Origin: Eubacteriales bacterium | GTDB taxonomy: Bacteria > Bacillota > Clostridia > Oscillospirales > CAG-272 | Direction: 5' to 3' | Assembly (NCBI GenBank): GCA_050309735.1 | Contig: JBNRMS010000030.1 | Coordinates: forward strand, 1 to 62,990 | Length of the DNA stretch: 62,990 nt | In this document: positions 18,121 to 27,822 of the stretch, piece after piece | Layout of the letters: every line of letters begins with the position of its first letter | Numbering within the stretch: the stretch's first letter is position 1 | The notes under the pieces: model-generated | What the model was told of the DNA's origin: nothing | The model's input: only the letters and a program-made list of their open reading frames with translations | Database searches by the model: none | Program-made: the position numbers and the translations under genes

Positions 18121-19439
18121 GCTCCCGCCCCCTTTCTCGACTCACGTGCAATCCGGAAGAGTTGCCTGAGCTTTATCCGGTTTCCGCGATAGATTATAAG
18201 AGCGCCGTACACCCGAGCGCCAAAGGCCGAGGTGGCGATTATCACAACAATTTGAAGCGCCCAGGACAGACAGAGCAGCGGGAAACCGATCACGCCCGAT
18301 GCAAAACTGATAGGAGCCGTGAATATCGAAATAAAGGGGAGAAGCGAGCAGACAATAAGGAGGGTGCGGCTGCCGATAATGGCTGTGAAAATCGCAGACA
18401 TATATCCGCCGAGCGCCAAAAGAGTCACAATAGTATTTGCCGGGCCCATATCCTCCATCGACGAGCAGGTTGCCCCCGCAATCCCGCCAAGGATTGAGAA
18501 GGCGAGATATCCGAGAAGTATTGAAAAAACAAATACAATAACAAGGAGAACTCCCGCTCCCGCAAAGGAAATATTTATTCCGGCCGCGGCGAGCATTTCG
18601 GTCGAGAGCGACATCCCCATAAAGCGGTTTGCAATGACTGAGGACAGCCCCGCCCCCGTGAAAAGCACAAGCATCGAAACTATCATAAAGCACATAGTGG
18701 CGAGTATCTTGCCGAGTATCAGCGCCAGCGGCCGCACGCTGACCATGAGCAGCTCAACAAGCTTTGAGGCCTTCTCCTCGGCTATCGAGCGCACAATATA
18801 GGTCGTTGAAAACATGACAAGCACCATCACTATCAGCGAATATGCATATGAAATCATTAGATAGGATCCGTTGCCGGGTAGGGTGACGCTGCCGAGAAAT
18901 TCATTGGCGTCGACAGTGCCCACTGTGAAGGGCGCGAGCGCCGTTCCCAGCTGTTCCTCGCTCACCCCAAGCGCGCGGCAGCGCGCGGCGGTAAGTGCCG
19001 ACGAGAGAGCGTTCCCAAGCAGAAAGGTTGAGTAGTGATTGACGCCCGACTCCTCGCCCGTGTAGGTTGTAATCGAGTATGAGCCGTAATCATCGGGTTC
19101 GACAAGGAGCGCCGCCCGGTATGGATCTCCCTCAAGCCACGCGAAAACTCCCTCAAATTCGCTCTCGGTTATAGTTATATCTATGTCTGAGAGCTCGTCT
19201 GAAAAGCCTGCGATGTCATTTTCGTCAAGCACAAAGCCGCTCCGGTTCATCACTCGCAACTCTCCGGCATTAAAACCGGTCGAGTTCACCCCTCCCATTG
19301 AGCTTGCCATTATCAGAGTGGAAGCCACCGAGAGGACGAGCATTGTCACGAGCATTGATATTGTCGATTTGCTCTTGAGATACTGGGCAAGAGTGAAAGA
19401 AAAGACCTTGCCGGTTCCGATGAAATCACTCTTTCTCAT
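18117..19439 (-). CDS. ABC-2 type transporter permease (paralogue)
   Basis: Same architecture as the 16762-18120 permease. I prefer the ATG at 19439 (MRKSDFIGTGKVF), which overlaps the ATPase stop by 14 nt. The track start at 19496 would lie deep inside the ATPase gene. Confidence 0.8.
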   Translation of the reverse strand: MRKSDFIGTGKVFSFTLAQYLKSKSTISMLVTMLVLSVASTLIMASSMGGVNSTGFNAGELRVMNRSGFVLDENDIAGFSDELSDIDITITESEFEGVFAWLEGDPYRAALLVEPDDYGSYSITTYTGEESGVNHYSTFLLGNALSSALTAARCRALGVSEEQLGTALAPFTVGTVDANEFLGSVTLPGNGSYLMISYAYSLIVMVLVMFSTTYIVRSIAEEKASKLVELLMVSVRPLALILGKILATMCFMIVSMLVLFTGAGLSSVIANRFMGMSLSTEMLAAAGINISFAGAGVLLVIVFVFSILLGYLAFSILGGIAGATCSSMEDMGPANTIVTLLALGGYMSAIFTAIIGSRTLLIVCSLLPFISIFTAPISFASGVIGFPLLCLSWALQIVVIIATSAFGARVYGALIIYRGNRIKLRQLFRIARESRKGAGA

Positions 19440-20409
19440 GTGTCTGCCCCACCTTCTCGACGAAGATTTCGTGCAGCGACGGCTCGCGCAGGTCAAACCG
19501 AATAACGCTTATCCCGTTCGAAATCAGCTCGCCGAGCAGCTTGTTTGCCTGCTCCTCGCCGCTCACCTTAATATTATATTCAAATTCCTTCTCTCCGACA
19601 AGCAGCGCGCCCGAGGCGTCGATAAAGGGCTTTATGTCGCGCTCGGTTTTGAGCAGGAGATTAACGCGGCCATAGCTCCGCTTGATATCATTCAGATTTC
19701 CCTGAAGGACTGTTTTTGCGCGGTCAAGTATAGTTATGTCGGTGCAGAATTCCTCAACGGTGTGCATCTGATGGCTCGACATAATTAGGTATTTGCCCTT
19801 TGCGATCTCGCTGCGGATGATTTTTTTGAAAAGGTCGGTGTTTACCGGGTCAAGCCCCGAGAGAGGTTCGTCAAGTATTATCAGCTCGGGGTCGGGCAAG
19901 AGCGCCGTCATAAGCTGAATTTTCTGTTGGTTTCCCTTTGAGAGCTGGTCGGGTTTCTTTGAGGGTAGAGAAATCATCGACGGTTGCCCGCCCCCCGACA
20001 TCCCCGAAAAAAGCGAGCGGCGCGCGGGCCTTGTCGGATAAAGGTATTCGTCGACCTCAAGACGCCCTGACCAGTGGCGGATACGCCTTTTGGCCTCGGC
20101 TCGGTCAACCCCGCGAAGCTCAGCAAAATAGATAAGCTGGTCAAGAAGGGTATATTTCGGGTATAGCCCGCGCTCCTCGGCAAGATAACCGACGTTTACC
20201 GTTGTGGTATCGAGCGGCGCGCCGTTCCAGCTAACCTCTCCTCCGTCGCGCGAGAGCATTCCGAGCATCATGCGCAGCGCCGTTGTTTTGCCCGCTCCGT
20301 TGGTTCCGAGCAGGGCGTAAACCCCCGGCTTTTTCATTTCAAAATTCAGATTGTCTACAACTGTCTTTGAGCCGTATTTTTTTGAAAGACGCGAAACCAC
20401 AAGACTCAT
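19426..20409 (-). CDS. ABC transporter ATP-binding protein (NatA-like) with an insertion before the signature motif
   Basis: Walker A GTNGAGKTT, signature LSKGNQQK, Walker B LIILDEP. I prefer the ATG at 20409 (MSLVVSRLSKKYG), preceded by AAGGAAG. Confidence 0.9.
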   Translation of the reverse strand: MSLVVSRLSKKYGSKTVVDNLNFEMKKPGVYALLGTNGAGKTTALRMMLGMLSRDGGEVSWNGAPLDTTTVNVGYLAEERGLYPKYTLLDQLIYFAELRGVDRAEAKRRIRHWSGRLEVDEYLYPTRPARRSLFSGMSGGGQPSMISLPSKKPDQLSKGNQQKIQLMTALLPDPELIILDEPLSGLDPVNTDLFKKIIRSEIAKGKYLIMSSHQMHTVEEFCTDITILDRAKTVLQGNLNDIKRSYGRVNLLLKTERDIKPFIDASGALLVGEKEFEYNIKVSGEEQANKLLGELISNGISVIRFDLREPSLHEIFVEKVGQTHEKE

Positions 20410-20569
20410 TATATTTTCTTCCTTTCGGCCATACATGGAATTAAATGTACACCATATATGATAACATATTAAAAATAAAAAATCAAGTTAAATATTTACC
20501 GCTTATCCCTTGAATGCGCGGGGGAGACATGATAAAATAAGGCAACATTAAATTACGGGGGTGTTTTAG

Positions 20570-21397
20570 ATGAACGACCAAAAGCAAGCAGACTGTCGCC
20601 TGCGCCTTATGAGCTTCAACATATGGGGCAATTGCCCAAAAGGCACCACAATCTCAAACCGCGACGACCTTGAGGCCGAGGTGATACTCAGATACCTGCC
20701 CGACGCCGTTGGTATGCAGGAGTGTTCGCCCAAAATGAGAGCCGAGGAGGTAAATATCAGCCGCCTGCTCGAGCGAGAATACACCGAGGTTCCGGTAGTC
20801 GCCACAAACGAGAAAAAGAACAACTACACGCCGATTTTTTACCGGCCGGCAACCCTTAATCTCCTTGACTTTGGCTGGAAATATTACGCCGGCCCCAACG
20901 ACAGCGGCTCGAAAACCATCACCTGGGCGCTTTTTGAGACAAAAGAAAGTGAAAAGCGCTTTTTGATGCTGAACACGCATTTCTATTGGACGGGCAACGA
21001 ACTGGGACGCGCCGCAAGAGTGTCGAATACCGGCGAGATGCTCACACTCACCGTTGAGCTGCGCGAAAAGTATCCCTATCCGGTATTTTTCGTCGGAGAT
21101 TTCAACTGCAATTCCGACTCTGTTCCGCTTGAGGTAATGCGCAAATTCGGGCTTATCGAAAGCAGATACGCCGCACACCAGGGTTCGCCCTGGCGCTCGC
21201 ACCACGCATATCCGAAATTTAATTTTGAACTGCTTCGCTTCGGAGAGGGAACGCACCCGACCGACGAGCACGCGAGAAGTATCGACCATATATTCTCGCT
21301 GGGCGATCTTGTAACCGAGAGCTTTGTCACCGTCGTCGACGAGGAGGCGCTCGACGCAAGCGACCACTGCCCGATTTTCGCCGATTTTGTGATTTGA
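20570..21397 (+). CDS. Endonuclease/exonuclease/phosphatase (EEP) family protein
   Basis: 275 aa. Contains LRLMSFNIWG, GMQE, GDFN and SDHCPIFADF, the typical EEP catalytic segments. Confidence 0.85.
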   Translation: MNDQKQADCRLRLMSFNIWGNCPKGTTISNRDDLEAEVILRYLPDAVGMQECSPKMRAEEVNISRLLEREYTEVPVVATNEKKNNYTPIFYRPATLNLLDFGWKYYAGPNDSGSKTITWALFETKESEKRFLMLNTHFYWTGNELGRAARVSNTGEMLTLTVELREKYPYPVFFVGDFNCNSDSVPLEVMRKFGLIESRYAAHQGSPWRSHHAYPKFNFELLRFGEGTHPTDEHARSIDHIFSLGDLVTESFVTVVDEEALDASDHCPIFADFVI

Positions 21398-21467
21398 CAT
21401 AAATGTCGTCCAAATTCCCGGTCAGCCGCTGTTTTATTGAGGAAAAATTCTCGGCATACTTGAAAGG

Positions 21468-22838
21468 ATGGTCATATCAGTGAAGCCTAATATTGTTTTT
21501 ATTTTTTCGGATCAGCACCGTGCATTTGATTGCGGTTTTATGGGGAGCGCAAACGCAAAAACGCCTAACCTTGACCGGCTCGCGGCGGGGGGAGCGCTCT
21601 TTCGCAACGCCTATTCAAACTGTCCGGTCTGCGTGCCGGCAAGGGGAACCCTGCTCACCGGTCTTTATCCACTAAGGCACGGCGCAGCCGCCAATGACAT
21701 ACCGATAAGGCAAAACCAGAGCATCGCCCATATACTCGGCGACGCCGGTTACGACACTGCCTACATAGGAAAGTGGCATTTGGGCGGAATCCCCCGCAAG
21801 AAATTTATAACCGAGGAAAACCGACTTGGCTTTCGCTTCTGGAGGGGCTGCAATTGTAACCACAATTATCTGAAGGCCTATTATGACGACGAGAGCAACA
21901 CAAGGCACGAGATTGAGGGCTATGAGCCGATAGCCCAAACCAACATGGCGCTTGAATTCATCGAAGAACGAGGTGACGATAAGCCCTTTGCCCTCTTTAT
22001 ATGTTACGGCACGCCTCACGACCCCTACACACGCCTGCCCGAGGGCGAGCTTGAGCGCGAGGCCGAAGGAAAGATAGAGCTGCGAGCCAACATCGAGCCT
22101 TCGCGCGAGGGGAAATACGATGAGAAAAAACTGCGCCGCCAGTACACAGGCTATCTTGCGCACATAAGACTGCTTGACGAGCAGATAGGTCGGGTGATGG
22201 CGCTTCTCGAGGAGAGAGGCATTGCCGAAAATACAATTGTGGTATATACAAGTGACCACGGAGATATGCTCGGCAGTCACGGCTATACCAAAAAGCAATG
22301 GTTTTACGAGGAGAGTGTGCATATCCCCTTAATCGTCTCGCACCCGGCAAAAATCAAGCCCGGCGCTCGGGAGCAGCTTATCAGCCTTGTTGATATCGCG
22401 CCCACGCTTGCGGGATATCTTAATCTTTCCTTTAGAAAAGAGGTCGACGGAGCAGACCTCTCAAATGTGCTGACCGATCCCTCCGCAAAGGGGATTGATT
22501 CGGTCTATCTCTTTAATATCATCCCGTGCCATCAGGCGTGGAACCGGGAAATACGCTCATGGCGCGCCGTGGTAACCGATGATCTATATATGCTTGCCAC
22601 CGAGGAGGACGGGCAGGTTATATTCATGAGCGACCTGAAATCAGACCCGTTACAGACAAACGACCTCTCTGAAAATGAAGATCTAAGAGAGAAGCGGAGC
22701 GAGCTCTGCGAGATTCTCGCGGCGCACGTTGAGAGAAACGACGGCTATATGCCCTGGGAGGAAATTGTAAAGGAGCATGGCCTGCTTGAGGACTGGAACG
22801 CAAGCCAAATTCATTTCGGATATCCGACAATAGAATAA
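21468..22838 (+). CDS. Cys-type sulfatase
   Basis: 456 aa. Contains PNIVFIFSDQHR, the formylglycine site C-V-P-A-R-G-T-L-L-T-G, and GKWHLGG. Confidence 0.9.
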   Translation: MVISVKPNIVFIFSDQHRAFDCGFMGSANAKTPNLDRLAAGGALFRNAYSNCPVCVPARGTLLTGLYPLRHGAAANDIPIRQNQSIAHILGDAGYDTAYIGKWHLGGIPRKKFITEENRLGFRFWRGCNCNHNYLKAYYDDESNTRHEIEGYEPIAQTNMALEFIEERGDDKPFALFICYGTPHDPYTRLPEGELEREAEGKIELRANIEPSREGKYDEKKLRRQYTGYLAHIRLLDEQIGRVMALLEERGIAENTIVVYTSDHGDMLGSHGYTKKQWFYEESVHIPLIVSHPAKIKPGAREQLISLVDIAPTLAGYLNLSFRKEVDGADLSNVLTDPSAKGIDSVYLFNIIPCHQAWNREIRSWRAVVTDDLYMLATEEDGQVIFMSDLKSDPLQTNDLSENEDLREKRSELCEILAAHVERNDGYMPWEEIVKEHGLLEDWNASQIHFGYPTIE

Positions 22839-22872
22839 ATATTGAATAGATATAGAATAGAAAAAACAAAGG

Positions 22873-22915
22873 GCGCCGGGTGGAACTTTCTCCGAAAGTT
22901 CCACCCGGCGTTTCC
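22873..22915. terminator. Bidirectional terminator between the sulfatase and the oxidoreductase gene
   Basis: CGCCGGGTGGAACTTT-ctccg-AAAGTTCCACCCGGCG is flanked by an A-run on the left and TTTCC on the right, between convergent genes. Confidence 0.7.
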
Positions 22916-22956
22916 TGAGTACACTATTATTTTAATCGGAGATTGGCATTATAGCA

Positions 22957-24135
22957 TTAAATCTTCGGAATCTCAATCTCAATTTCTCTCCCCAGCGCGG
23001 CCGACTTAGCAATACCATCGATTATCGCCTGATTGTAGAGAATCTCAGAGGAAGGAACGGGCGCGGGCGCACCGGTCTTTACGGCATCAAGGAAGGTGCG
23101 GATTTTAAGTTCGAAAAGGCCTTTTTTCATGGTGATAATCGGCACTGTTGTTTCAACCTGCCGTCCGCAGACCTCATGGTAGATCTTCATCGGTCCGCCG
23201 ACACTGCCGTTCCAGCACTCGGTTGAGGGGATGCGAAGGCCGCCCTCGGTGCCGAGAATTATTGTGTCTCCGGGGGTGTCAAGATTCATTGCCCAGGCGA
23301 TTCTGAAGTCGAGAATAATGTCGCCCTCAAGCCTGATAAAGGCCGCGGCGAAATCGTCGACACTGAATGCCTTTGAATATTCCGCGCGTTTATTTTCTCT
23401 GTATCCGCTGTAGTTCGGGCTGCGTCCGAAAAAGGACGAGGTGTACCCGGTAACAGTCAGGGGCTTCGGGTAACCTACTGCATTCATCACCATATCAAGC
23501 GAATAGCAGCCTATGTCGCCGAGCGCACCGATACCGGCCGTTTTATCGTCGATAAAGGTTGTTCCATACGGTGTCGGGATTCCTCGACGGCGTCCACCGC
23601 CGGTCTGTATGTAGTAAACCTTTCCAAGCTCGCCCGATTCGACTATTTTCTTAATCATTTTCATATTCTCGTCAAGGCGGGGTTGGAAGCCTATCGAGAG
23701 CACCTTCCCGCTCTTGCGCTCGGCCCTCATCACGTCAACCGCCTCATCAAGCGTAACCGTGAAAGGCTTTTCAAGCAGAACGTTGACCCCCCGCTCAAGC
23801 GCGTATATCGTGGGGGCGGCATGCTGGCGGTTGTAGGTGCAGATGCTCACGGCGTCGAGCTTGAGCGACTTGTCGTCGAGCATTTCCTTATGCGAGGCGT
23901 AGTCGGTGATCACACCCTCTACACCATGTTTTGCAAAAAAGGCGGCTGCCTTGCCGGGTATTAAATCGGCACCGGCCACTATTTCAACATCGGGCTGAGC
24001 CAGATATGCCTTTATATGCGCGTCGGCTATCCAGCCGCAGCCGATAATGCCGATTCTCAGCTTCTTGTCTGCGCTCACCTTTTGGATTGTCTGATCTTCC
24101 TTGAAGGCGTTAAGGATTGCGTCATCTTTCCCCAT
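22957..24135 (-). CDS. Gfo/Idh/MocA family oxidoreductase
   Basis: 392 aa. N-terminal Rossmann segment LRIGIIGCGWIADAHIKAY, and the EKP motif (LLEKPF). Confidence 0.85.
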   Translation of the reverse strand: MGKDDAILNAFKEDQTIQKVSADKKLRIGIIGCGWIADAHIKAYLAQPDVEIVAGADLIPGKAAAFFAKHGVEGVITDYASHKEMLDDKSLKLDAVSICTYNRQHAAPTIYALERGVNVLLEKPFTVTLDEAVDVMRAERKSGKVLSIGFQPRLDENMKMIKKIVESGELGKVYYIQTGGGRRRGIPTPYGTTFIDDKTAGIGALGDIGCYSLDMVMNAVGYPKPLTVTGYTSSFFGRSPNYSGYRENKRAEYSKAFSVDDFAAAFIRLEGDIILDFRIAWAMNLDTPGDTIILGTEGGLRIPSTECWNGSVGGPMKIYHEVCGRQVETTVPIITMKKGLFELKIRTFLDAVKTGAPAPVPSSEILYNQAIIDGIAKSAALGREIEIEIPKI

Positions 24136-24154
24136 TTTTATATTTCCTCCTCGT

Positions 24155-24970
24155 TTATTCGTTGATAGTTTTAAGATAATCTATACTCACCTTGATGCAC
24201 TCAAGGGGTGACAGCCCCATGCTCGGGCTGTCAAGCTCCACGACAAGCCACTCAACCTTTGCGTCGACCGCCGCCCCAAGAATTGCCGGAATATCCTGCA
24301 AGCCCTTGCCGAGCGGACGATACTCAAAGCCGACGGGGCGGGCGGGGGGCTTTGTGTCATCACCTATCAATTCGTATGCCGCGCCCGATCTGTCGCCCCA
24401 GAAGTCCTTAAGGTGAAGAACCGGCACTCTGCCCGAATACTTTCTGACATAATCGGCCGGATTCACACCGGCAACATTCACCCAGCAGGTGTCAATCTGG
24501 GCGCCGAGCAGATTCTCGGGAACAGTTTCATACATTATGTCAAGCCCGTATTTCCCGCCGATACGGATAAATTCAAAGTCGTGGTTGTGATAGAGCAGGC
24601 CGATTCCAAGCGAGGCGGCCGCCTTTGCTATCACTTCGATAAAGCCGAGTACATAGGGGAAGCTTGGCGAGCCGGGGCGCGCGTCGGCGCCGAGGTGTGG
24701 GATTGCGACGTATTTGCAACCTATCTCGGCATAGAGCGAGAGAGTTCCCACGGGGTTTTTTAGCAGTTCGGAATAGGGCACATGAGCCGAAATCGGCACA
24801 AGGTCAAGCTCGCGACAGAATGCACCCACCTCTGCGGCCGAATGGTTATGAAGTCCGGCAAACTCAACCCCGTCGTAACCCATCTCCTTGACTTTCTCAA
24901 GCGTGCCGCGAAAGTCGACTTTTGCGTCATCTCTCACAGAATAGAGCTGAACGGCAATCGGAAAAGACAT
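24155..24970 (-). CDS. Sugar phosphate isomerase/epimerase (xylose isomerase-like TIM barrel)
   Basis: 271 aa. Contains GYDGVEF and YHNHDFEF, typical of AP-endonuclease-2/xylose-isomerase-like TIM barrels. It is co-transcribed with the oxidoreductase (19-nt gap). Confidence 0.8.
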   Translation of the reverse strand: MSFPIAVQLYSVRDDAKVDFRGTLEKVKEMGYDGVEFAGLHNHSAAEVGAFCRELDLVPISAHVPYSELLKNPVGTLSLYAEIGCKYVAIPHLGADARPGSPSFPYVLGFIEVIAKAAASLGIGLLYHNHDFEFIRIGGKYGLDIMYETVPENLLGAQIDTCWVNVAGVNPADYVRKYSGRVPVLHLKDFWGDRSGAAYELIGDDTKPPARPVGFEYRPLGKGLQDIPAILGAAVDAKVEWLVVELDSPSMGLSPLECIKVSIDYLKTINE

Positions 24971-25040
24971 ATGATATACCTCCTGAATGTTTTATATAAG
25001 CTTATCTATGATTTTTTAAATAATAAAATCAAAAAACACA

Positions 25041-26858
25041 TCAGCTCTTTATCTGCCTTTTGTTGAAGGAGAGATAGGAAAGAGCAATGAGCAGCGCAGT
25101 AAATACAATCAGAACTACAGAGCCGACAACTACGCTAAGTTTCGCGCCCGCGCCATAGAGATATGACGTGCCCGACATGATAAGACCGCTGAAGCTGCCG
25201 CCGTAATAGCTCAGCGGATTGATTATCAGCGAATTCAAATCGTTATAAGGCAGCGGGGTATATTCGAGGAAACCCACATACTGTCGCACCTCACCTGACT
25301 GCAGGAGCATAACCGAAATGGCAGAAGCTATGCCAAAGAGGGTGTTGAGTATTAGCGAGAGGGCTATTGAGAGAGCCGACTTTCGCGTGAGCACCGAGAA
25401 CAGGAATGCGAATGCAAAGACAAGGAAGGCGGGCAGTGCCGCGAGGACAAGGACTCTGAGCGCCGTGAGCATTGCCGGCAGGCGAACCACACTGTCACCG
25501 ACAAGGACAAGGTCGGGCGTGAGAATATCGGTTACCCCGTTTATTATAATGTTAATGACAAACAGAAGGAAAACCGAGACAAGCATCAGGGCAAACGACC
25601 AAAAGGCGGCGGCCGTCAGCTTTGAGGTCAGAATCTTCCAGCGCTTTTTGGGTCGGATTAAGAGCAGGCGGATAGAGCCCGAGGAAAACTCGCCCGACAC
25701 AATAGTTCCGGCTAAAATTATCATAAATATGCGGATATAGCCAATCGACGAGATAATCGCGCTCTGCCAGGAAAGTTTGGCCGATTTTTCAAGCGAATAT
25801 GGGGTTGGAATTTCATTATCAAGGCTGTAATTGAGAATTGCTAGGGCATCGTCCGAGGCCTTGATTTTCGCCTCGGTTTCGGCCACATAGTCGTCATAAG
25901 AACCCCAGTTCTCGGCATGTAGGCTCTTTGGCCTTATAACAAGACCCATCCGCTCTTCAAGAACCGAGTTTGCCAGAATTGTCACGGTTCTGTATCGCCA
26001 GTCTTTTTGGTCGACATTGGCCGCGACAAGATAATCAGCAAGCCGAACCTTTTCGGCCAGGCACTCAACCCGCAGCTCTGCTGTGGCGTAGCCGTATTTC
26101 AGCTCGTCGCTATCCGGTTCAATTTTGAGCTGAAGCTCATAATCTTTTAGCATCGCTTCTGCCTCGGCATATTCAACCCGGAGGCCGGCCGCATAGGCCG
26201 CAAGCCGTCCGCTGAAGTCTGTGTTGATTATCTCGGCTTCAAGCGAGCTTACATGCCCCTTTATATAGTCGTAATAGTCCTTGTGCGTGATATCGACCGG
26301 GGTGAGAGAGCCGTCTTCTTCGATGCGCATATACTTGCCGGTCTTCAAATCAAAAAGATAGTCCTCCTCGCTCCCCATATACATAAAGTAATACTTGAAG
26401 CTTGACTGATCGATAACATCAATGTCAAACCCTTCCTCGGCAAGCAGTCTGACGGCCTCGGCGCGGAGTTTTGCGTCGCGGTATCTGTTGTAATACGTAT
26501 CATATTTCCATGAGCCGATAAGCTCTCTGTCTATAAAGAATTTTATAACGCTTGCCTCTGTCTCGTAATAATAGGCCTCGGCAAGGTCTATCCCTGATGC
26601 GCCCTCATATTCGCGATAACTCTGGGCAACTTCAAGATAGTGCTCATACTGCTGCTCAGCTCCGTAATAATATCCGGAGCCAAACGATAGGAGCCGGTTC
26701 GCGACATAGGTAAGAATCGGTATCATCACAATTATAACGGCGAGGATGATGACAATAACCCGATTTGAGGTCTGGCTCCAAATTTTTATGCTTTCGTTTT
26801 TGAAAAGTCGGTTTTTCATTATTTTTGTGCTTTTGTTTTTGAAAAGTCGGTTTTTCAT
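25041..26858 (-). CDS. ABC-2 type permease with large extracytoplasmic domain
   Basis: 605 aa. N-terminal TM, a soluble segment of about 330 aa, and a C-terminal bundle of about 5 TM helices. Its ATG overlaps the ATPase stop (ATGA). Confidence 0.75.
   Translation of the reverse strand: MKNRLFKNKSTKIMKNRLFKNESIKIWSQTSNRVIVIILAVIIVMIPILTYVANRLLSFGSGYYYGAEQQYEHYLEVAQSYREYEGASGIDLAEAYYYETEASVIKFFIDRELIGSWKYDTYYNRYRDAKLRAEAVRLLAEEGFDIDVIDQSSFKYYFMYMGSEEDYLFDLKTGKYMRIEEDGSLTPVDITHKDYYDYIKGHVSSLEAEIINTDFSGRLAAYAAGLRVEYAEAEAMLKDYELQLKIEPDSDELKYGYATAELRVECLAEKVRLADYLVAANVDQKDWRYRTVTILANSVLEERMGLVIRPKSLHAENWGSYDDYVAETEAKIKASDDALAILNYSLDNEIPTPYSLEKSAKLSWQSAIISSIGYIRIFMIILAGTIVSGEFSSGSIRLLLIRPKKRWKILTSKLTAAAFWSFALMLVSVFLLFVINIIINGVTDILTPDLVLVGDSVVRLPAMLTALRVLVLAALPAFLVFAFAFLFSVLTRKSALSIALSLILNTLFGIASAISVMLLQSGEVRQYVGFLEYTPLPYNDLNSLIINPLSYYGGSFSGLIMSGTSYLYGAGAKLSVVVGSVVLIVFTALLIALSYLSFNKRQIKS
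26781..26858. repeat. 39-bp tandem duplication covering the start codon of the permease gene
   Basis: 26781-26819 and 26820-26858 differ at only 3-4 positions. Both units contain ATGAAAAACCGACTTTTCAAAAAC (minus strand), giving MKNRLFKNKSTKI-MKNRLFKNESIKI. Confidence 0.9.
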
Positions 26859-27799
26859 TTAGCCTCACCTCCCGGAGCCGAATAGCCCCGCGTCATCTCA
26901 AGGAAAGCGTCCTCAAGTGTTCGCTTGACAGGTATCACCGAAATTACCCCCGCGTCTCCCATGGCAAGCAGCTTTATCACGCCGGGCAGGTCGGCCTCGG
27001 GCAGGGTCAGCCTGATTTTGCCGTCGGCCTTGTGGTGTTCTATTCCCGCCTCGGCAAGTATTCGCATAGCAATCTCGCCGTCAACAAGGGTAAGGTCGCA
27101 CGCAATCTCGCCTCGGGCGCTCGCGCGGTGAAGCTCCTCCATCGTTCTGATTCCGACAAGCGAGCCTCGGTCGATAACGGCAATTTTGTCACACATAAGC
27201 TCTATCTCGGCGAGCAGATGGCTTGAAACAAAGACAGCCGTCCCCTCATTCCTTGAGAGTGATTTGAGTATATCGCGCAGCTCCTTAATTCCCGCCGGGT
27301 CGAGTCCGTTTGTCGGCTCATCAAGGACAAGCAGCCGAGGGCGATTTAGAAGAGCCTGAGCCACACCAAGACGCTGCTTCATACCGAGCGAATATTTTGA
27401 TATCTTGTCGTTTATGCGCTCCTTAAGGCCGACCAAATCAACCAGCTCATCAACCCGACTTTCGGGAATATTGTCATACATACGGCGGTACTGGTCAAGA
27501 TTCTGCCGCCCGGTCAGATAGGAATACATCTCGGGGTTTTCGATAATTCCCCCGACATGTGCAATAGCAGCCTCAAAGTCGGTTACAATATTGTGGCCGC
27601 AGACATAAATCTCGCCATAATCAATCCTGAGAAGGCCGAGTATCAGCTTAATTGTTGTGGTTTTTCCCGAGCCGTTAGGGCCGAGAAAGCCGAATATCTC
27701 GCCGGGATATATGTCAAAATCAATATTGTGAAGTATCGGTCTTGCGCCGAGCGATTTTGACAGGTTTCTCACGCTCAGCACCGGCGCGGTGTTTTCCAT
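26855..27799 (-). CDS. ABC transporter ATP-binding protein
   Basis: Walker A GPNGSGKTT, signature YSLGMKQR, Walker B LLVLDEP. I prefer the ATG at 27799 (MENTAPVLSVRNL), with AGGAGA 8 nt upstream. Confidence 0.9.
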   Translation of the reverse strand: MENTAPVLSVRNLSKSLGARPILHNIDFDIYPGEIFGFLGPNGSGKTTTIKLILGLLRIDYGEIYVCGHNIVTDFEAAIAHVGGIIENPEMYSYLTGRQNLDQYRRMYDNIPESRVDELVDLVGLKERINDKISKYSLGMKQRLGVAQALLNRPRLLVLDEPTNGLDPAGIKELRDILKSLSRNEGTAVFVSSHLLAEIELMCDKIAVIDRGSLVGIRTMEELHRASARGEIACDLTLVDGEIAMRILAEAGIEHHKADGKIRLTLPEADLPGVIKLLAMGDAGVISVIPVKRTLEDAFLEMTRGYSAPGGEAK

Positions 27800-27822
27800 A
27801 AACAATTCTCCTCTTAAAAAAT

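Noticed and set aside
20654-21400. 248-aa minus-strand ORF covering almost the whole EEP gene, and 216/117-aa minus ORFs (21672-22350) inside the sulfatase gene.
   Set aside because: The plus-strand products carry EEP and sulfatase catalytic motifs. The minus-strand products are featureless shadows.
21468-22838. Absence of an anaerobic sulfatase-maturating enzyme next to the Cys-type sulfatase as an anomaly.
   Set aside because: Maturase genes are frequently unlinked, so nothing in this window allows a conclusion.
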